Assembly: GCA_045125245.1 (NCBI GenBank)
Contig: JBGVNF010000118.1
Location: 2,378-66,377 of the forward strand
Direction of reading: 5' to 3'
Length of the DNA: 64,000 bases
Source of the DNA: Lachnospiraceae bacterium
Lineage (GTDB): Bacteria > Bacillota > Clostridia > Lachnospirales > Lachnospiraceae
In this document: positions 10,383 through 20,280 of the stretch, piece after piece
Layout: each line of letters begins with the position of its first letter
Numbering within the stretch: position 1 is the stretch's first letter
Made by a program: the position numbers and the translations under genes
Notes under the pieces: model-generated
The model's input: only the letters and a program-made list of their open reading frames with translations
Database searches by the model: none
What the model was told of the DNA's origin: nothing

Positions 10383-10819
10383 TGTTAATGCCAAAGAGAG
10401 TTAAGCGTCGTAAGCAATTCCGTGGAACAATGTCTGGTAAGGCATTAAGAGGTAACAAGATTACTAACGGTGAATATGGTATCGTCGCTATGGAACCAGC
10501 ATGGATAAGATCTAATCAGATCGAAGCTGCCCGTATTGCTATGACACGTTATATCAAGCGTGGTGGTAAGGTTTGGATTAAGATTTTCCCAGATAAGCCA
10601 GTAACTACAAAACCAGCAGAAACAAGAATGGGTTCCGGAAAAGGAACACTCGAGTACTGGGTTGCAGTTGTTAAGCCAGGCAGAGTATTATTCGAGATCT
10701 CTGGTGTAGCTGAAGAAGTAGCTAGAGAAGCTCTTCGTCTCGCAACTCATAAATTACCTGTAAAGTGCAAGATCGTTTCTCGCGCAGATTTAGAAGGCGG
10801 TGATAACAGTGAAAATTAA
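10382..10819 (+). CDS. rplP: 50S ribosomal protein L16 (uL16)
   Basis: Conserved N-terminus [10 protein letters not shown]; start overlaps the rpsC stop. Confidence 0.97.
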   Translation: MLMPKRVKRRKQFRGTMSGKALRGNKITNGEYGIVAMEPAWIRSNQIEAARIAMTRYIKRGGKVWIKIFPDKPVTTKPAETRMGSGKGTLEYWVAVVKPGRVLFEISGVAEEVAREALRLATHKLPVKCKIVSRADLEGGDNSEN

Positions 10820-11015
10820 TAAGTATGTAGAAGATTTAAAGGCAAAATCAGCTGCAGAATTAAATGATGAATTAGTAGCTGCTAAAAAGGAACTTTTCAA
10901 TTTAAGATTCCAGAACGCAACAAACCAGTTGGATAACACAAGCAGAATCAAGGAAGTTAGAAAGAATATCGCAAGAATTCAGACAGTACTTTCAGAGCAG
11001 GCTAAGGCTAACTAG
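10809..11015 (+). CDS. rpmC: 50S ribosomal protein L29 (uL29)
   Basis: uL29-like sequence (ELF.LRFQ.ATNQL.NTSRI..VRK.IARI). GTG 10809 (MKINKY...) preferred over GTG 10800 on RBS spacing; the start is uncertain by 9 nt. Confidence 0.9.
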   Translation: MKINKYVEDLKAKSAAELNDELVAAKKELFNLRFQNATNQLDNTSRIKEVRKNIARIQTVLSEQAKAN

Positions 11016-11051
11016 TTGTAAATTGGAAATCTGAGAAAGGAGACATTTGTC

Positions 11052-11306
11052 GTGGAAAGAAATTTAAGAAAAACACGTACCGGTAAGGTAGTAAGTGACA
11101 AGATGGACAAGACAATTGTTGTAGCAGTTCAGGATAACGTAAAGCATCCATTATACAACAAGATTGTTAAGAGAACTTATAAATTAAAGGCTCATGATGA
11201 GAACAACGAGTGCGGTATCGGTGATACTGTAAAGGTTATGGAGACAAGACCATTATCAAGAGATAAGAGATGGAGACTTGTTGAAATCATCGAGAAGGCT
11301 AGATAG
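11052..11306 (+). CDS. rpsQ: 30S ribosomal protein S17 (uS17)
   Basis: uS17-like sequence (R....[13 protein letters not shown]...); GTG start after AAGGAGA. Confidence 0.96.
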   Translation: MERNLRKTRTGKVVSDKMDKTIVVAVQDNVKHPLYNKIVKRTYKLKAHDENNECGIGDTVKVMETRPLSRDKRWRLVEIIEKAR

Positions 11307-11324
11307 TAGGAAGGGAGAATTATT

Positions 11325-11693
11325 ATGATTCAACAGGAAAGTAGACTTAAAGTTGCTGATAATACAGGCGCTAAAGAATTACTTTGTATCAGAGTAATGG
11401 GCGGTTCTACTAGAAGATATGCTAATATCGGTGATATCATCGTTGCTTCAGTTAAAGAAGCAACACCAGGCGGTGTTGTAAAGAAGGGCGATGTAGTAAA
11501 GGCTGTAGTAGTTCGTTCCGTTAAGGGCGCTCGTCGTAAGGACGGATCTTATATTAAATTTGATGAGAACGCAGCTGTTATCATCAAAGATGATAAGACA
11601 CCAAAAGGAACACGTATTTTTGGACCAGTTGCAAGAGAGCTTAGAGAGAAGCAGTTCATGAAGATTGTTTCATTAGCTCCAGAAGTATTATAA
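11325..11693 (+). CDS. rplN: 50S ribosomal protein L14 (uL14)
   Basis: Conserved [18 protein letters not shown]-terminus. Confidence 0.98.
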   Translation: MIQQESRLKVADNTGAKELLCIRVMGGSTRRYANIGDIIVASVKEATPGGVVKKGDVVKAVVVRSVKGARRKDGSYIKFDENAAVIIKDDKTPKGTRIFGPVARELREKQFMKIVSLAPEVL

Positions 11694-11704
11694 GGAGGTT
11701 CCTA

Positions 11705-12016
11705 ATGTCAGCAATGAAGATTAAAAAAGGCGACCTTGTAAAGGTAATCGCTGGTAAGGATAAAGACAAAGAAGGCAAGGTTATCAGTGTAGATCAGAAG
11801 AACGGAAAGGTTCTCGTTGAAGGCGTAAACATGATGACTAAGCACACAAAGCCAAGCGCTGCTAATCAGCAGGGTGGTATCGTTACAGCAGAAGCTCCAA
11901 TCGATGCTTCAAACGTTATGTTAGTTGTAGACGGTAAGGCTACAAGAGTTGGTTTTAAGATGGAAGGCGACAAGAAAGTTCGTTTTGCAAAATCAACAGG
12001 TAAGGTTATTGATTAA
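11705..12016 (+). CDS. rplX: 50S ribosomal protein L24 (uL24)
   Basis: KOW motif [17 protein letters not shown]. Confidence 0.96.
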   Translation: MSAMKIKKGDLVKVIAGKDKDKEGKVISVDQKNGKVLVEGVNMMTKHTKPSAANQQGGIVTAEAPIDASNVMLVVDGKATRVGFKMEGDKKVRFAKSTGKVID

Positions 12017-12036
12017 TTAGAGAGGAGGACCGTAAA

Positions 12037-12576
12037 GTGAGCAGACTTAGAGAAACATACAAGAACGAAATCGTAGACGCTATGGCTAAGAAGTTTGGTT
12101 ATGCAAACGTTATGCAGGTACCAAAGCTTGATAAGATCGTTATAAACATGGGTGTTGGTGAAGCTAAGGACAACGCTAAGGTTTTAGACGCAGCAGTTAA
12201 GGATCTTGAGACAATCGCAGGTCAGAAGGCTGTACTTACAAGAGCAAAGAAGTCAATTGCTAACTTCAAGATTAGAGAAGGTTTAGCAATCGGATGTAAG
12301 GTTACTCTTAGAGGTGAGAAGATGTACGAATTCCTCGATAGATTAGTAAACCTTGCACTTCCTCGTGTTCGTGACTTTAGAGGTGTAAACCCTAATTCAT
12401 TTGACGGAAGAGGAAATTACGCTTTAGGTATTAAGGAACAGATCATTTTCCCTGAAATCGAATATGATAAGGTTGATAAAGTAAGAGGTATGGATATCAT
12501 CTTCGTTACAACAGCTAACACAGATGAAGAAGCTCGTGAATTATTGACATTATTCAATATGCCATTTCAGAAGTAA
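12037..12576 (+). CDS. rplE: 50S ribosomal protein L5 (uL5)
   Basis: Conserved uL5 sequence (P.L.KIV.NMGVGEA...RGMDI); GTG start after GAGGAGG. Confidence 0.97.
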   Translation: MSRLRETYKNEIVDAMAKKFGYANVMQVPKLDKIVINMGVGEAKDNAKVLDAAVKDLETIAGQKAVLTRAKKSIANFKIREGLAIGCKVTLRGEKMYEFLDRLVNLALPRVRDFRGVNPNSFDGRGNYALGIKEQIIFPEIEYDKVDKVRGMDIIFVTTANTDEEARELLTLFNMPFQK

Positions 12577-12591
12577 TTAGGAGGTAAATCC

Positions 12592-12777
12592 ATGGCTAAG
12601 ACAGCAATGAAAGTTAAGCAGTCACGTAAGGCAAAATTTTCAACACAGGAATACTCACGTTGTAGAATTTGTGGACGTCCACACGCTTATTTAAGAAAAT
12701 ACGGAATCTGCAGAATTTGCTTCCGTGAATTAGCATACAAAGGTCAGATCCCAGGTGTTAAGAAAGCATCTTGGTAA
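12592..12777 (+). CDS. rpsZ: 30S ribosomal protein S14, zinc-binding type Z
   Basis: 61 aa with [23 protein letters not shown] (CxxC...CxxC). Confidence 0.97.
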   Translation: MAKTAMKVKQSRKAKFSTQEYSRCRICGRPHAYLRKYGICRICFRELAYKGQIPGVKKASW

Positions 12778-12778
12778 A

Positions 12779-12837
12779 GTTCAAAATTGCTAAGCAATTT
12801 TGAACAGCTCGAGCGGGAGCGAGAGCCCCTGCCAAAG
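12779..12837 (+). repeat. intergenic repeat module: palindrome plus TTTTGAACAG-hairpin unit
   Basis: GTTCAAAATTGC/GCAATTTTGAAC palindrome (12779-12805), then GCTC-GAGCGGGAGCGA-GAGC hairpin (12807-26) and CCCCTGCCAAAG; homologous to 18775-18872. Confidence 0.85.
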
Positions 12838-13071
12838 AAAACAATAAATTTTCTGACACGTCAGATGATACTATGACAACATCACAAGTCATCTGACACA
12901 GAAACTCGGTAAGTATGATGGTAAAACCTAGATATGTCGAATTTGCGTTGCAAATTCTCTCACGGCACTTATAAGTTGTATAAGGATATAGGTTTTCTCA
13001 CGAAATTCGCTTTGCGAATTTCGGCCTCGTATACTGCCATTACACAATGTAATCAATAGGAGGAAAAAACA

Positions 13072-13473
13072 ATGGCAATGACAGATCCAATTGCAGATAT
13101 GCTTACAAGAATCCGTAATGCAAATACTGCTAAGCATGACACAGTAGATGTTCCAGCATCTAAGATTAAGTTAGCAATCGCTGAAATTCTTTTAAACGAA
13201 GGTTTCATTAAGAGCTATGAAGTAGTTGAAGATGGTAACTTCAAGACTATCAAGATTACTTTAAAGTATGGTAAGGATAAGACAGAGAAGATCATCACAG
13301 GTCTTAAGAGAATTTCTAAGCCAGGTTTAAGAGTATATGCTGGTAAGGATGAGCTCCCAAGAGTACTTGGTGGACTCGGTATCGCAATCATTTCAACAAA
13401 CAAGGGTATCGTTACAGACAAGGAAGCTAGAAAGCTTCAGGTTGGTGGCGAAGTACTTGCATTTGTTTGGTAG
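13072..13473 (+). CDS. rpsH: 30S ribosomal protein S8 (uS8)
   Basis: Conserved [16 protein letters not shown]-terminal region. Confidence 0.97.
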   Translation: MAMTDPIADMLTRIRNANTAKHDTVDVPASKIKLAIAEILLNEGFIKSYEVVEDGNFKTIKITLKYGKDKTEKIITGLKRISKPGLRVYAGKDELPRVLGGLGIAIISTNKGIVTDKEARKLQVGGEVLAFVW

Positions 13474-13494
13474 TATTATAAAGGAGGTGCGGGC

Positions 13495-14034
13495 ATGTCA
13501 CGTATAGGAAGAATGCCTATCGCTATTCCTGCAGGTGTAACTGTAGAAGTAGCAGAAAATAACAAGGTTACTGTAAAAGGACCAAAGGGAACTCTTGAGA
13601 GAGTTTTAGCACCAGAGATGAATATCGCAATCGAAGGTGAAGAAGTTGTTGTTACAAGACCAAATGACTTAAAGAGAATGAAGTCATTACATGGTTTAAC
13701 AAGAACATTAATCAACAACATGGTTGTTGGTGTATCGACAGGATACGAGAAGAAACTTGAAGTAAACGGTGTTGGTTACAAGGTTTCTAAGCAGGGCAAC
13801 AAGATCGTTCTTGCACTTGGTTACTCTCATCCAGTAGAGATGGAAGATCCAGCAGGTCTTGAGTCTGTAGTAGAAGGTAACACAATTACTGTTAAGGGTA
13901 TTGATAAAGAAAAAGTTGGCCAGTACGCTGCTGAAATCAGAAGCAAGAGAGAGCCTGAACCATACAAGGGTAAGGGTATTAAGTATGTTGATGAAGTAAT
14001 CAGACGTAAAGTTGGTAAGACTGGTAAGAAATAA
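13495..14034 (+). CDS. rplF: 50S ribosomal protein L6 (uL6)
   Basis: Conserved MSRIG..PI..P.GV.V N-terminus; operon order. Confidence 0.97.
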   Translation: MSRIGRMPIAIPAGVTVEVAENNKVTVKGPKGTLERVLAPEMNIAIEGEEVVVTRPNDLKRMKSLHGLTRTLINNMVVGVSTGYEKKLEVNGVGYKVSKQGNKIVLALGYSHPVEMEDPAGLESVVEGNTITVKGIDKEKVGQYAAEIRSKREPEPYKGKGIKYVDEVIRRKVGKTGKK

Positions 14035-14051
14035 TAAAGGAGTGAACAAAG

Positions 14052-14420
14052 ATGGTTAGTAAAGATTGTAGAGCGGCTCTCCGCGAAAATAAGCATAGAA
14101 GATTACGTAATCGTTTTTCTGGTACAGCTGAAAGACCACGTTTAGCAGTTTTTAGAAGCAATAATCATATGTACGCTCAGGTTATTGACGATACAGTTGG
14201 AAACACTTTAGTTGCTGCTTCAACACTTGAGAAAGATGTTAAAGCTGAATTAGAGAAGACTAACAACGTTGATGCTGCTGCATACTTAGGTACTGTTATT
14301 GCTAAGAGAGCATTAGAAAAGGGTATTTCAACAGTTGTATTTGACAGAGGCGGATTCATTTATCAGGGAAAGATCAAGGCTTTAGCTGACGCTGCTAGAG
14401 AAGCCGGTCTCGAATTCTAA
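14052..14420 (+). CDS. rplR: 50S ribosomal protein L18 (uL18)
   Basis: uL18-like sequence (RPRL.VFRSN.H.YAQ.IDD...FDRGG..Y.G...ALAD.AREAGL.F). Confidence 0.97.
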   Translation: MVSKDCRAALRENKHRRLRNRFSGTAERPRLAVFRSNNHMYAQVIDDTVGNTLVAASTLEKDVKAELEKTNNVDAAAYLGTVIAKRALEKGISTVVFDRGGFIYQGKIKALADAAREAGLEF

Positions 14421-14438
14421 TAAGGAGGAAAACAACAA

Positions 14439-14948
14439 ATGAAACATACGATTATTGATGCTAGTCAGTTAGAATTAGAAGAAAAAGTAGTTAACATCAA
14501 GCGTGTAACTAAGGTTGTTAAGGGTGGTCGTCACTTCAGATTTGCAGCTTTAGTAGTTGTTGGAGACGGCAAAGGTCACGTAGGTGCAGGTTTAGGCAAG
14601 GCAATGGAAATTCCTGAAGCTATTCGTAAGGGTAAAGAAGACGCTATGAAGAAGCTCGTTGAGGTTCCAATTGATGCAAACAACAGTATTCCTCATGATT
14701 TAGTAGGAAACTTTGGTAGTGCTTCAGTTTTACTTAAGAGAGCTCCAGAAGGTACTGGTATTATCGCTGGTGGTCCTGCTCGTAATGTATTAGAGCTTGC
14801 AGGTATCAAGAATATCCGTACAAAGTCATTAGGTTCAAACAATAAGCAGAACGTAGTTTTAGCTACAATTAAGGGCTTATCTGAATTAAAGACTCCTGAA
14901 GAAGTTGCTAAGCTTCGCGGTAAATCTGTTGAAGAGATATTAGGCTAA
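14439..14948 (+). CDS. rpsE: 30S ribosomal protein S5 (uS5)
   Basis: uS5-like sequence (V..I.RV.KVVKGGR.F.F.A.VVVGD..G.VG.G.GKA). Confidence 0.97.
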   Translation: MKHTIIDASQLELEEKVVNIKRVTKVVKGGRHFRFAALVVVGDGKGHVGAGLGKAMEIPEAIRKGKEDAMKKLVEVPIDANNSIPHDLVGNFGSASVLLKRAPEGTGIIAGGPARNVLELAGIKNIRTKSLGSNNKQNVVLATIKGLSELKTPEEVAKLRGKSVEEILG

Positions 14949-14964
14949 TAGGAGGTAATGTAAA

Positions 14965-15147
14965 ATGGCAGATAAGTTAAAGATTACATTAGTTAAATCA
15001 CCAATTGGTGCGGTTCCAAAGCATGTTAAGACAGTTGAAGCTTTAGGCTTAAAGAAGCTTAACAAGTCAGTAGAAATGCCTGATAACGCAGCAACAAGAG
15101 GAATGATTCAGCAGGTAAGACATTTAGTTAAAGTTGAAGAAATCTAA
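14965..15147 (+). CDS. rpmD: 50S ribosomal protein L30 (uL30)
   Basis: 60 aa, L.ITLVKS.IG......T..ALGL.K pattern. Confidence 0.95.
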   Translation: MADKLKITLVKSPIGAVPKHVKTVEALGLKKLNKSVEMPDNAATRGMIQQVRHLVKVEEI

Positions 15148-15170
15148 TGAATAAATAAGGAGGTGCAGTG

Positions 15171-15611
15171 ATGAATTTATCAAATTTACAGCCAGCAGAT
15201 GGCTCAAAGCATAATGATAACTTCAGAAGAGGACGTGGCCACGGTTCAGGTAACGGTAAGACAGCTGGTAAGGGTCACAAGGGTCAGAAGGCACGTTCAG
15301 GAGCTACAAGACCAGGTTTTGAAGGTGGTCAGATGCCTTTATATAGAAGAATTCCTAAGAGAGGTTTCACAAACAGAAACACTCTTGAGATTATCGGTAT
15401 CAACGTAAGCGCTCTTGAAGCTTTCGAGGCTGGTTCAGAGGTAACAGTTGAAACTCTCATTGAGGCTGGTATCGTAAAGAACCCAAGAGACGGCGTTAAG
15501 ATTCTTGGTAACGGTGAACTTACAAAGAAGCTTACAGTTAAAGCAAATGCTTTCTCAGCAGGCGCTAAGGAAAAAATCGAAGCTGTTGGTGGAACTTGCG
15601 AGGTGATCTAA
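15171..15611 (+). CDS. rplO: 50S ribosomal protein L15 (uL15)
   Basis: uL15-like sequence (GRG.GSG.GKT.G.GHKGQ.ARSG); ATG 15171 preferred over GTG 15168 on AAGGAGGTG spacing. Confidence 0.96.
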   Translation: MNLSNLQPADGSKHNDNFRRGRGHGSGNGKTAGKGHKGQKARSGATRPGFEGGQMPLYRRIPKRGFTNRNTLEIIGINVSALEAFEAGSEVTVETLIEAGIVKNPRDGVKILGNGELTKKLTVKANAFSAGAKEKIEAVGGTCEVI

Positions 15612-16975
15612 TGTTTAAGACATTTAAGAACGCACTCAAAGTTAAAGAGATAAGACAAAAGCTTTTATATACTTTCATAATGATGGTAATTGTCCGTATC
15701 GGATGTCAGCTCCCAATTCCGGGAACAAGTCAGTCAGCTATCCAGTCAGTAATGGGTAGCTTGGCTGCAAGTGACGCATATAGCTTTTTCAGTGCTTTCA
15801 CAGGTGGTTCATTAGAAAAAATGTCGGTGTTTGCTCTTAGTATTACACCATATATTACATCTTCAATTATTATGCAGCTTTTAACAATAGCTATTCCAAA
15901 GCTTGAAGAGATGCAGAATGAAGGCGAATCAGGAAGAAAGAAAATTCAGGAGATTACAAGATATGTTACAGTAGCTCTTGCAGTTGTTGAATCAATTGCT
16001 ATGGCAATTGGTTTTGGTAACCAGGGAGTATTTGGTAATGTAAAAGCAATGTCTGGTATGAGATATTTCTTCACAATGTTTACAGTAGTTGTAACAATGA
16101 CAGCTGGTTCTGCTGTACTTATGTGGATCGGTGAAAGAATTACTGAGAAGGGTGTTGGTAACGGTATATCAGTCATCCTTATGATTAATATTATTGCAAG
16201 AATTCCAAGTGACCTTTATGCATTATATGTAACAAAGGTTCAGATTACAGAGACTAATGGACGTTCTCTTGGTGGTGCTGCATTAGCTGCATTTATCATT
16301 GTATTCGTTATCGTTGCAATGATAGCATTTGTAGTTGCATTACAGGCTGCTCAGAGAAAGATTCCAGTACAGTACGCTAAGAAGGTACAGGGAAGACAGA
16401 TGGTTGGTGGCAATTCAAGCCATATTCCATTAAAGGTTAATACAGCCGGTGTAGTTCCAGTTATCTTCGCTTCATCATTAATGCAGTTCCCAATCATTAT
16501 CGCATCAATGTTTGGCAAGGCTGCTGGTTATGGATCAGTTGGAGGTACAATCCTTAAGGTATTAAATTCAGGTTCATGGTTTAATACAAAGAGCCTTAAG
16601 GAGTTTGCATTTACAGGTGGATTTGTTCTTTATGCAATCCTCGTAATCGCATTTGCATACTTCTATACATCAATTACTTTCAACCCAATTGAGGTTGCTA
16701 ATAATATGAAGAAGTCAGGTGGCTTTATCCCTGGTATCAGACCTGGTAAGCCAACAGAAGAATACTTAACAAGAATATTGAATTATGTCGTATTCATCGG
16801 AGCAATCGCATTATTAATTATTGCAGGACTTCCAATTGTATTCTCAGGTGTATTTAGTGCGAGTGTATCATTTGCAGGTACTTCATTAATCATCGTAGTA
16901 GGTGTTATACTTGATTGTATAGCAAAGATTGAATCTATGATGGTAGTTCGTAACTATAAAGGATTTTTAGGCTAA
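15611..16975 (+). CDS. secY: preprotein translocase subunit SecY
   Basis: 10-TM SecY sequence; ATG 15611 (MFKTF...) overlaps the rplO stop as TAATG, with GAGGTGA RBS; the track start 15596 lies inside rplO. Confidence 0.96.
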   Translation: MFKTFKNALKVKEIRQKLLYTFIMMVIVRIGCQLPIPGTSQSAIQSVMGSLAASDAYSFFSAFTGGSLEKMSVFALSITPYITSSIIMQLLTIAIPKLEEMQNEGESGRKKIQEITRYVTVALAVVESIAMAIGFGNQGVFGNVKAMSGMRYFFTMFTVVVTMTAGSAVLMWIGERITEKGVGNGISVILMINIIARIPSDLYALYVTKVQITETNGRSLGGAALAAFIIVFVIVAMIAFVVALQAAQRKIPVQYAKKVQGRQMVGGNSSHIPLKVNTAGVVPVIFASSLMQFPIIIASMFGKAAGYGSVGGTILKVLNSGSWFNTKSLKEFAFTGGFVLYAILVIAFAYFYTSITFNPIEVANNMKKSGGFIPGIRPGKPTEEYLTRILNYVVFIGAIALLIIAGLPIVFSGVFSASVSFAGTSLIIVVGVILDCIAKIESMMVVRNYKGFLG

Positions 16976-17003
16976 TAATAGCCGTTGCAATTAAACATAA
17001 TAG

Positions 17004-17035
17004 CCCGCGGCATTGTACCGCGGGTTAGTGTGTTT
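17004..17035 (+). terminator. possible weak terminator or processing hairpin after secY
   Basis: CCCGCGG/CCGCGGG GC-rich stem followed by an interrupted T-run (TTAGTGTGTTTT). Confidence 0.4.
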
Positions 17036-17122
17036 TAGTAAATCGCAGTTGAAAGTCGACTATGATTCAGTTTATTACAATAAAAAAACTATAGAAAAAT
17101 ATTAATGTTAGGAGGAAAGTAT

Positions 17123-17764
17123 ATGAAGATTATTATGTTAGGTGCTCCTGGTGCTGGAAAAGGTACACAGGCTAAGATGCTTGCTGATAAGTATATGATT
17201 CCACATATCTCAACAGGAGATATTTTTAGAGCAAATATTAAGAATGGTACAGAGCTTGGTCAGAAGGCTAAGACATATATGGATCAGGGACTTTTAGTTC
17301 CAGATGAGCTTGTATGTGATTTGGTTGTAGATAGAGTTCAGCAGGAGGATTGTAAGGAAGGTTACATCCTTGACGGTTTCCCAAGAACTATTCCACAGGC
17401 AGAAGCTTTAGATGCAGCTCTTGCAAATATCGGCTCAAAGATTGACTATGCTGTAAACGTTGAGGTTCCAGATGAGAACATCGTAAACAGAATGTCAGGT
17501 AGAAGAGCTTGTGTTGCATGTGGTGCAACATATCATATAGTACACAGCCCTACAAAAGAAGAGGGTATCTGTGATAGATGTGGTAAGGAGTTAATCGTAA
17601 GAGAAGACGACAAGCCAGAGACAGTTACAAAGCGTTTAAATGTATATCATGAGCAGACACAGCCATTAATCGACTACTACACAAAGCAGGGTGCTTTAAA
17701 AGAGGTTGATGGAACAATGAACATGGACGAAGTATTTAACGCTATCGTTAATATTTTAGGCTAA
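17123..17764 (+). CDS. adk: adenylate kinase (zinc-lid type)
   Basis: P-loop GAPGAGKGT; lid CVACG...CDRCG; ATG 17123 follows the AGGAGG RBS. Confidence 0.97.
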   Translation: MKIIMLGAPGAGKGTQAKMLADKYMIPHISTGDIFRANIKNGTELGQKAKTYMDQGLLVPDELVCDLVVDRVQQEDCKEGYILDGFPRTIPQAEALDAALANIGSKIDYAVNVEVPDENIVNRMSGRRACVACGATYHIVHSPTKEEGICDRCGKELIVREDDKPETVTKRLNVYHEQTQPLIDYYTKQGALKEVDGTMNMDEVFNAIVNILG

Positions 17765-17786
17765 GCAGGTCCTGGAGGATATAGAT

Positions 17787-18536
17787 ATGGTTTCTATAAA
17801 ATCTCAAAGCGAAATTGCTCTTATGAGAGAGGCAGGAAAGATTCTTGCTAAGGTTCATGAGGAACTTAAAGATGCTATTAGACCTGGAATGTCTACATTA
17901 GACATTGATAGACTTGGCGAAAAAATCATCCGTGGATATGGATGTATTCCTTCATTTTTAAATTATAATGGCTATCCTGCTTCAATCTGTGTCTCAGTAA
18001 ATGATGAAGTGGTACACGGAATTCCTCATAAGGATCATATACTTTATGAAGGAGATATAGTTAGTCTTGATGCGGGAGTTATCTACAAGGGATATCATGC
18101 TGATGCAGCAAGAACATACGGAGTAGGTAAAATCAGTGATGAAGCAGCGAAACTTATAGAAGTTACAAAGCAAAGCTTTTTTGAAGGAATTAAAATGGCA
18201 AAAGATGGTAATCATTTACATGACATATCAAATGCAATTGCAGATTACTGTGAGAGCTTTGGTTATGGAGTGGTAAGGGATTTGGTAGGCCATGGAATAG
18301 GTAAAAACTTACACGAAGACCCACAGATTCCAAACTTCCATCAGAGAAGAAGAGGAATTAAGCTTCAGAAGGGAATGACACTTGCTATCGAACCAATGGT
18401 AAACGCAGGAACATATGAAGTTGCTTGGTTGGATGATGATTGGACAGTTGTTTCCGATGATGGTTCATTATCAGCTCACTACGAGAATACAATTCTTATT
18501 ACAGACGGTGAGCCAGAGATTTTAACAATTCTTTAA
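17787..18536 (+). CDS. map: type I methionine aminopeptidase
   Basis: MetAP-I metal ligand context (VHGIP...D.G....Y..D..RT...GHG.G...HE). Confidence 0.96.
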   Translation: MVSIKSQSEIALMREAGKILAKVHEELKDAIRPGMSTLDIDRLGEKIIRGYGCIPSFLNYNGYPASICVSVNDEVVHGIPHKDHILYEGDIVSLDAGVIYKGYHADAARTYGVGKISDEAAKLIEVTKQSFFEGIKMAKDGNHLHDISNAIADYCESFGYGVVRDLVGHGIGKNLHEDPQIPNFHQRRRGIKLQKGMTLAIEPMVNAGTYEVAWLDDDWTVVSDDGSLSAHYENTILITDGEPEILTIL

Positions 18537-18555
18537 TAGATGGAGGTTTTAGAAT

Positions 18556-18774
18556 ATGGCAAAGACAGACGTTATTGAAATAGAAGGAACAGTATTAGAG
18601 AAGTTACCTAATGCAATGTTCAAGGTAGAGTTAGAGAACGGTCATCAGGTTTTCGCACATATCAGCGGAAAGCTTCGTATGAATTTCATCCGAATCATTC
18701 CAGGTGATAAGGTTACAATAGAACTTTCACCATACGACTTATCAAAAGGCAGAATAGTATGGAGAGATAAATAA
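18556..18774 (+). CDS. infA: translation initiation factor IF-1
   Basis: 72 aa with the conserved MAK.DVIE.EG.V.E.LPNAMF.V.LENGH pattern. Confidence 0.97.
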   Translation: MAKTDVIEIEGTVLEKLPNAMFKVELENGHQVFAHISGKLRMNFIRIIPGDKVTIELSPYDLSKGRIVWRDK

Positions 18775-18872
18775 GTTCAAAGTTTCGTAGAAACTTTGAA
18801 CAGTCCGAACGGAAGTGAGGACCCCCGCCAAAATTTTGAACAGTCCGAACGGAAGTGAGGACCCTAGCCAAG
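18775..18872 (+). repeat. intergenic repeat module: palindrome plus two tandem TTTGAACAGTCCGAACGGAAGTGAGGACCC units
   Basis: GTTCAAAGTTTC/GAAACTTTGAAC palindrome (18775-18801). Units sit at 18795-18832 and 18834-18872, each with a GTCC-GAACGGAAGTGA-GGAC hairpin. Confidence 0.9.
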
Positions 18873-18917
18873 GATTCCGAGTGTTATAATAAATTTGTAA
18901 ATTCTGTAAATTAGTAC

Positions 18918-18946
18918 TTGCAATTTGACAAATGCTATGTTACTAT
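18918..18946 (+). promoter_or_regulatory. candidate internal promoter ahead of rpmJ
   Basis: TTGCAA, 17 nt, TACTAT (overlapping TATAAT at 18944-18949); shares the 12-mer AGTACTTGCAAT with the rpsJ promoter. Confidence 0.5.
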
Positions 18947-18981
18947 AATACTCGGACTTTTTTTGAAAGGAGGATTTTACT

Positions 18982-19095
18982 GTGAAGGTTAGATCATCAG
19001 TTAAACCAATTTGCGAAAAATGCAAAATCATTAAGAGAAAAGGAAGCATTAGAGTAATCTGTGAAAATCCAAAGCACAAGCAGAGACAGGGCTAA
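18982..19095 (+). CDS. rpmJ: 50S ribosomal protein L36 (bL36)
   Basis: Not in the ORF track because it is too short. GTG start after AAAGGAGG; translates to [37 protein letters not shown] (37 aa, zinc-ribbon CxxC...C...H). Confidence 0.95.
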   Translation: MKVRSSVKPICEKCKIIKRKGSIRVICENPKHKQRQG

Positions 19096-19394
19096 TTATA
19101 TAGCGTCTTTGTGATGTAATCGCGGTTGTAAAACAACTACGGTTATATTTGTATGCGGCTGCAGCGATGGAACACCAGGATGCGTGTGACTATAATACTC
19201 TCAATTAGGAGCACGAGAAATGATGGGAAATTGCTTAACTATAAACGGAATTGTACTTATATAAGAAGAATTCCTCACATTGAGAAGAAGCGTTGGGCTA
19301 CGCACACATTTCAGACGTTCATTGAACGGGCTGCGCAAGTAATGGTTCTTTATTACTATTTAATTAAGAATATTTTGATGGAGGTGTAATACAC
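19096..19394 (+). promoter_or_regulatory. 299-nt spacer/leader upstream of rpsM with nested inverted repeats
   Basis: TCTCAAT (19199-19205) / ATTGAGA (19279-19285) enclose GGAATT (19247-52) / AATTCC (19269-74); a TATAAT sits at 19191-19196; function not established. Confidence 0.3.
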
Positions 19395-19763
19395 ATGGCT
19401 CGTATTTCAGGTGTAGACTTACCAAGAGAAAAGCGTATTGAAATCGGATTAACTTACATTTACGGTATCGGTAGAGTAACAGCTACAAAGATTCTTGAAG
19501 CTGCTGGCGTAAATCCAGATACACGTGTTAGAGACTTAACAGATGATGAAGTTAAGAAGATTAGTGCTGTAATCGATGAGAATCACACTGTAGAAGGTGA
19601 TTTAAGAAGAGAAATCATCATGAACATCAAGAGATTACAGGAAATCGGATGCTACAGAGGTATCCGTCATAGAAAGGGACTTCCAGTTCGTGGTCAGAAG
19701 ACAAAGACAAACGCTAGAACAAGAAAAGGTCCTAAGAAGACAGTTGCTGGTAAGAAGAAATAA
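19395..19763 (+). CDS. rpsM: 30S ribosomal protein S13 (uS13)
   Basis: Conserved [23 protein letters not shown]-terminus. Confidence 0.97.
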   Translation: MARISGVDLPREKRIEIGLTYIYGIGRVTATKILEAAGVNPDTRVRDLTDDEVKKISAVIDENHTVEGDLRREIIMNIKRLQEIGCYRGIRHRKGLPVRGQKTKTNARTRKGPKKTVAGKKK

Positions 19764-19866
19764 GTTTAATAAACTTATGACAGCTTAGTATGTGAAAAAT
19801 CGCATACATTATTATAATGAAACAAATAACGAAAAATTAGATACCCATAAGGGAGGTTAGTTTAAA

Positions 19867-20259
19867 ATGGCTAAAGTTACAAAGAAAGTGACAAAAAAGC
19901 GTGTAAAGAAAAACGTTGAACGCGGACAGGCACATATTCAGGCATCTTTCAACAATACAATTGTTACATTAACAGATGCTGAAGGTAATGCATTATCTTG
20001 GGCAAGTGCTGGTGGTCTAGGATTTAGAGGTTCAAAGAAATCTACTCCTTATGCAGCTCAGATGGCAGCAGAAACTGCTACTAAGGCAGCTTTAGTGCAC
20101 GGCTTAAAGTATGTAGATGTAATGGTTAAGGGACCAGGTTCAGGAAGAGAAGCAGCAATTCGTGCTCTCTCAGCTTGCGGTCTTGAAGTAACAAGTATTA
20201 AGGACGTTACTCCAGTTCCACATAACGGATGTCGCCCACCAAAGCGTAGAAGAGTCTAA
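19867..20259 (+). CDS. rpsK: 30S ribosomal protein S11 (uS11)
   Basis: uS11-like sequence ([17 protein letters not shown]...W.S.G..GF.GS.KSTP.AAQ). Confidence 0.97.
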   Translation: MAKVTKKVTKKRVKKNVERGQAHIQASFNNTIVTLTDAEGNALSWASAGGLGFRGSKKSTPYAAQMAAETATKAALVHGLKYVDVMVKGPGSGREAAIRALSACGLEVTSIKDVTPVPHNGCRPPKRRRV

Positions 20260-20280
20260 TCTAATAGGAGGTGCAGATAA

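Noticed and set aside
13708-14049. Antisense ORFs inside ribosomal protein genes in the track (for example 13708-14049, 13827-14096, 13476-13721, 8770-9084, 7346-7612, 21892-22200, all on the minus strand)
   Set aside because: Each is fully overlapped by a universally conserved r-protein gene on the + strand. They have no RBS, and their low-complexity or odd composition is typical of shadow ORFs.
18795-18872. CRISPR array, considering the tandem repeats here and at 5343-5405
   Set aside because: The repeats are directly adjacent with no unique spacers, there are only 2-3 units, and no cas genes occur in the window.
19153-19389. 78-aa + strand ORF in the rpmJ-rpsM spacer
   Set aside because: It has no Shine-Dalgarno sequence, is highly basic with irregular composition, and ends inside the rpsM RBS. 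The region is better explained as a non-coding leader or spacer.
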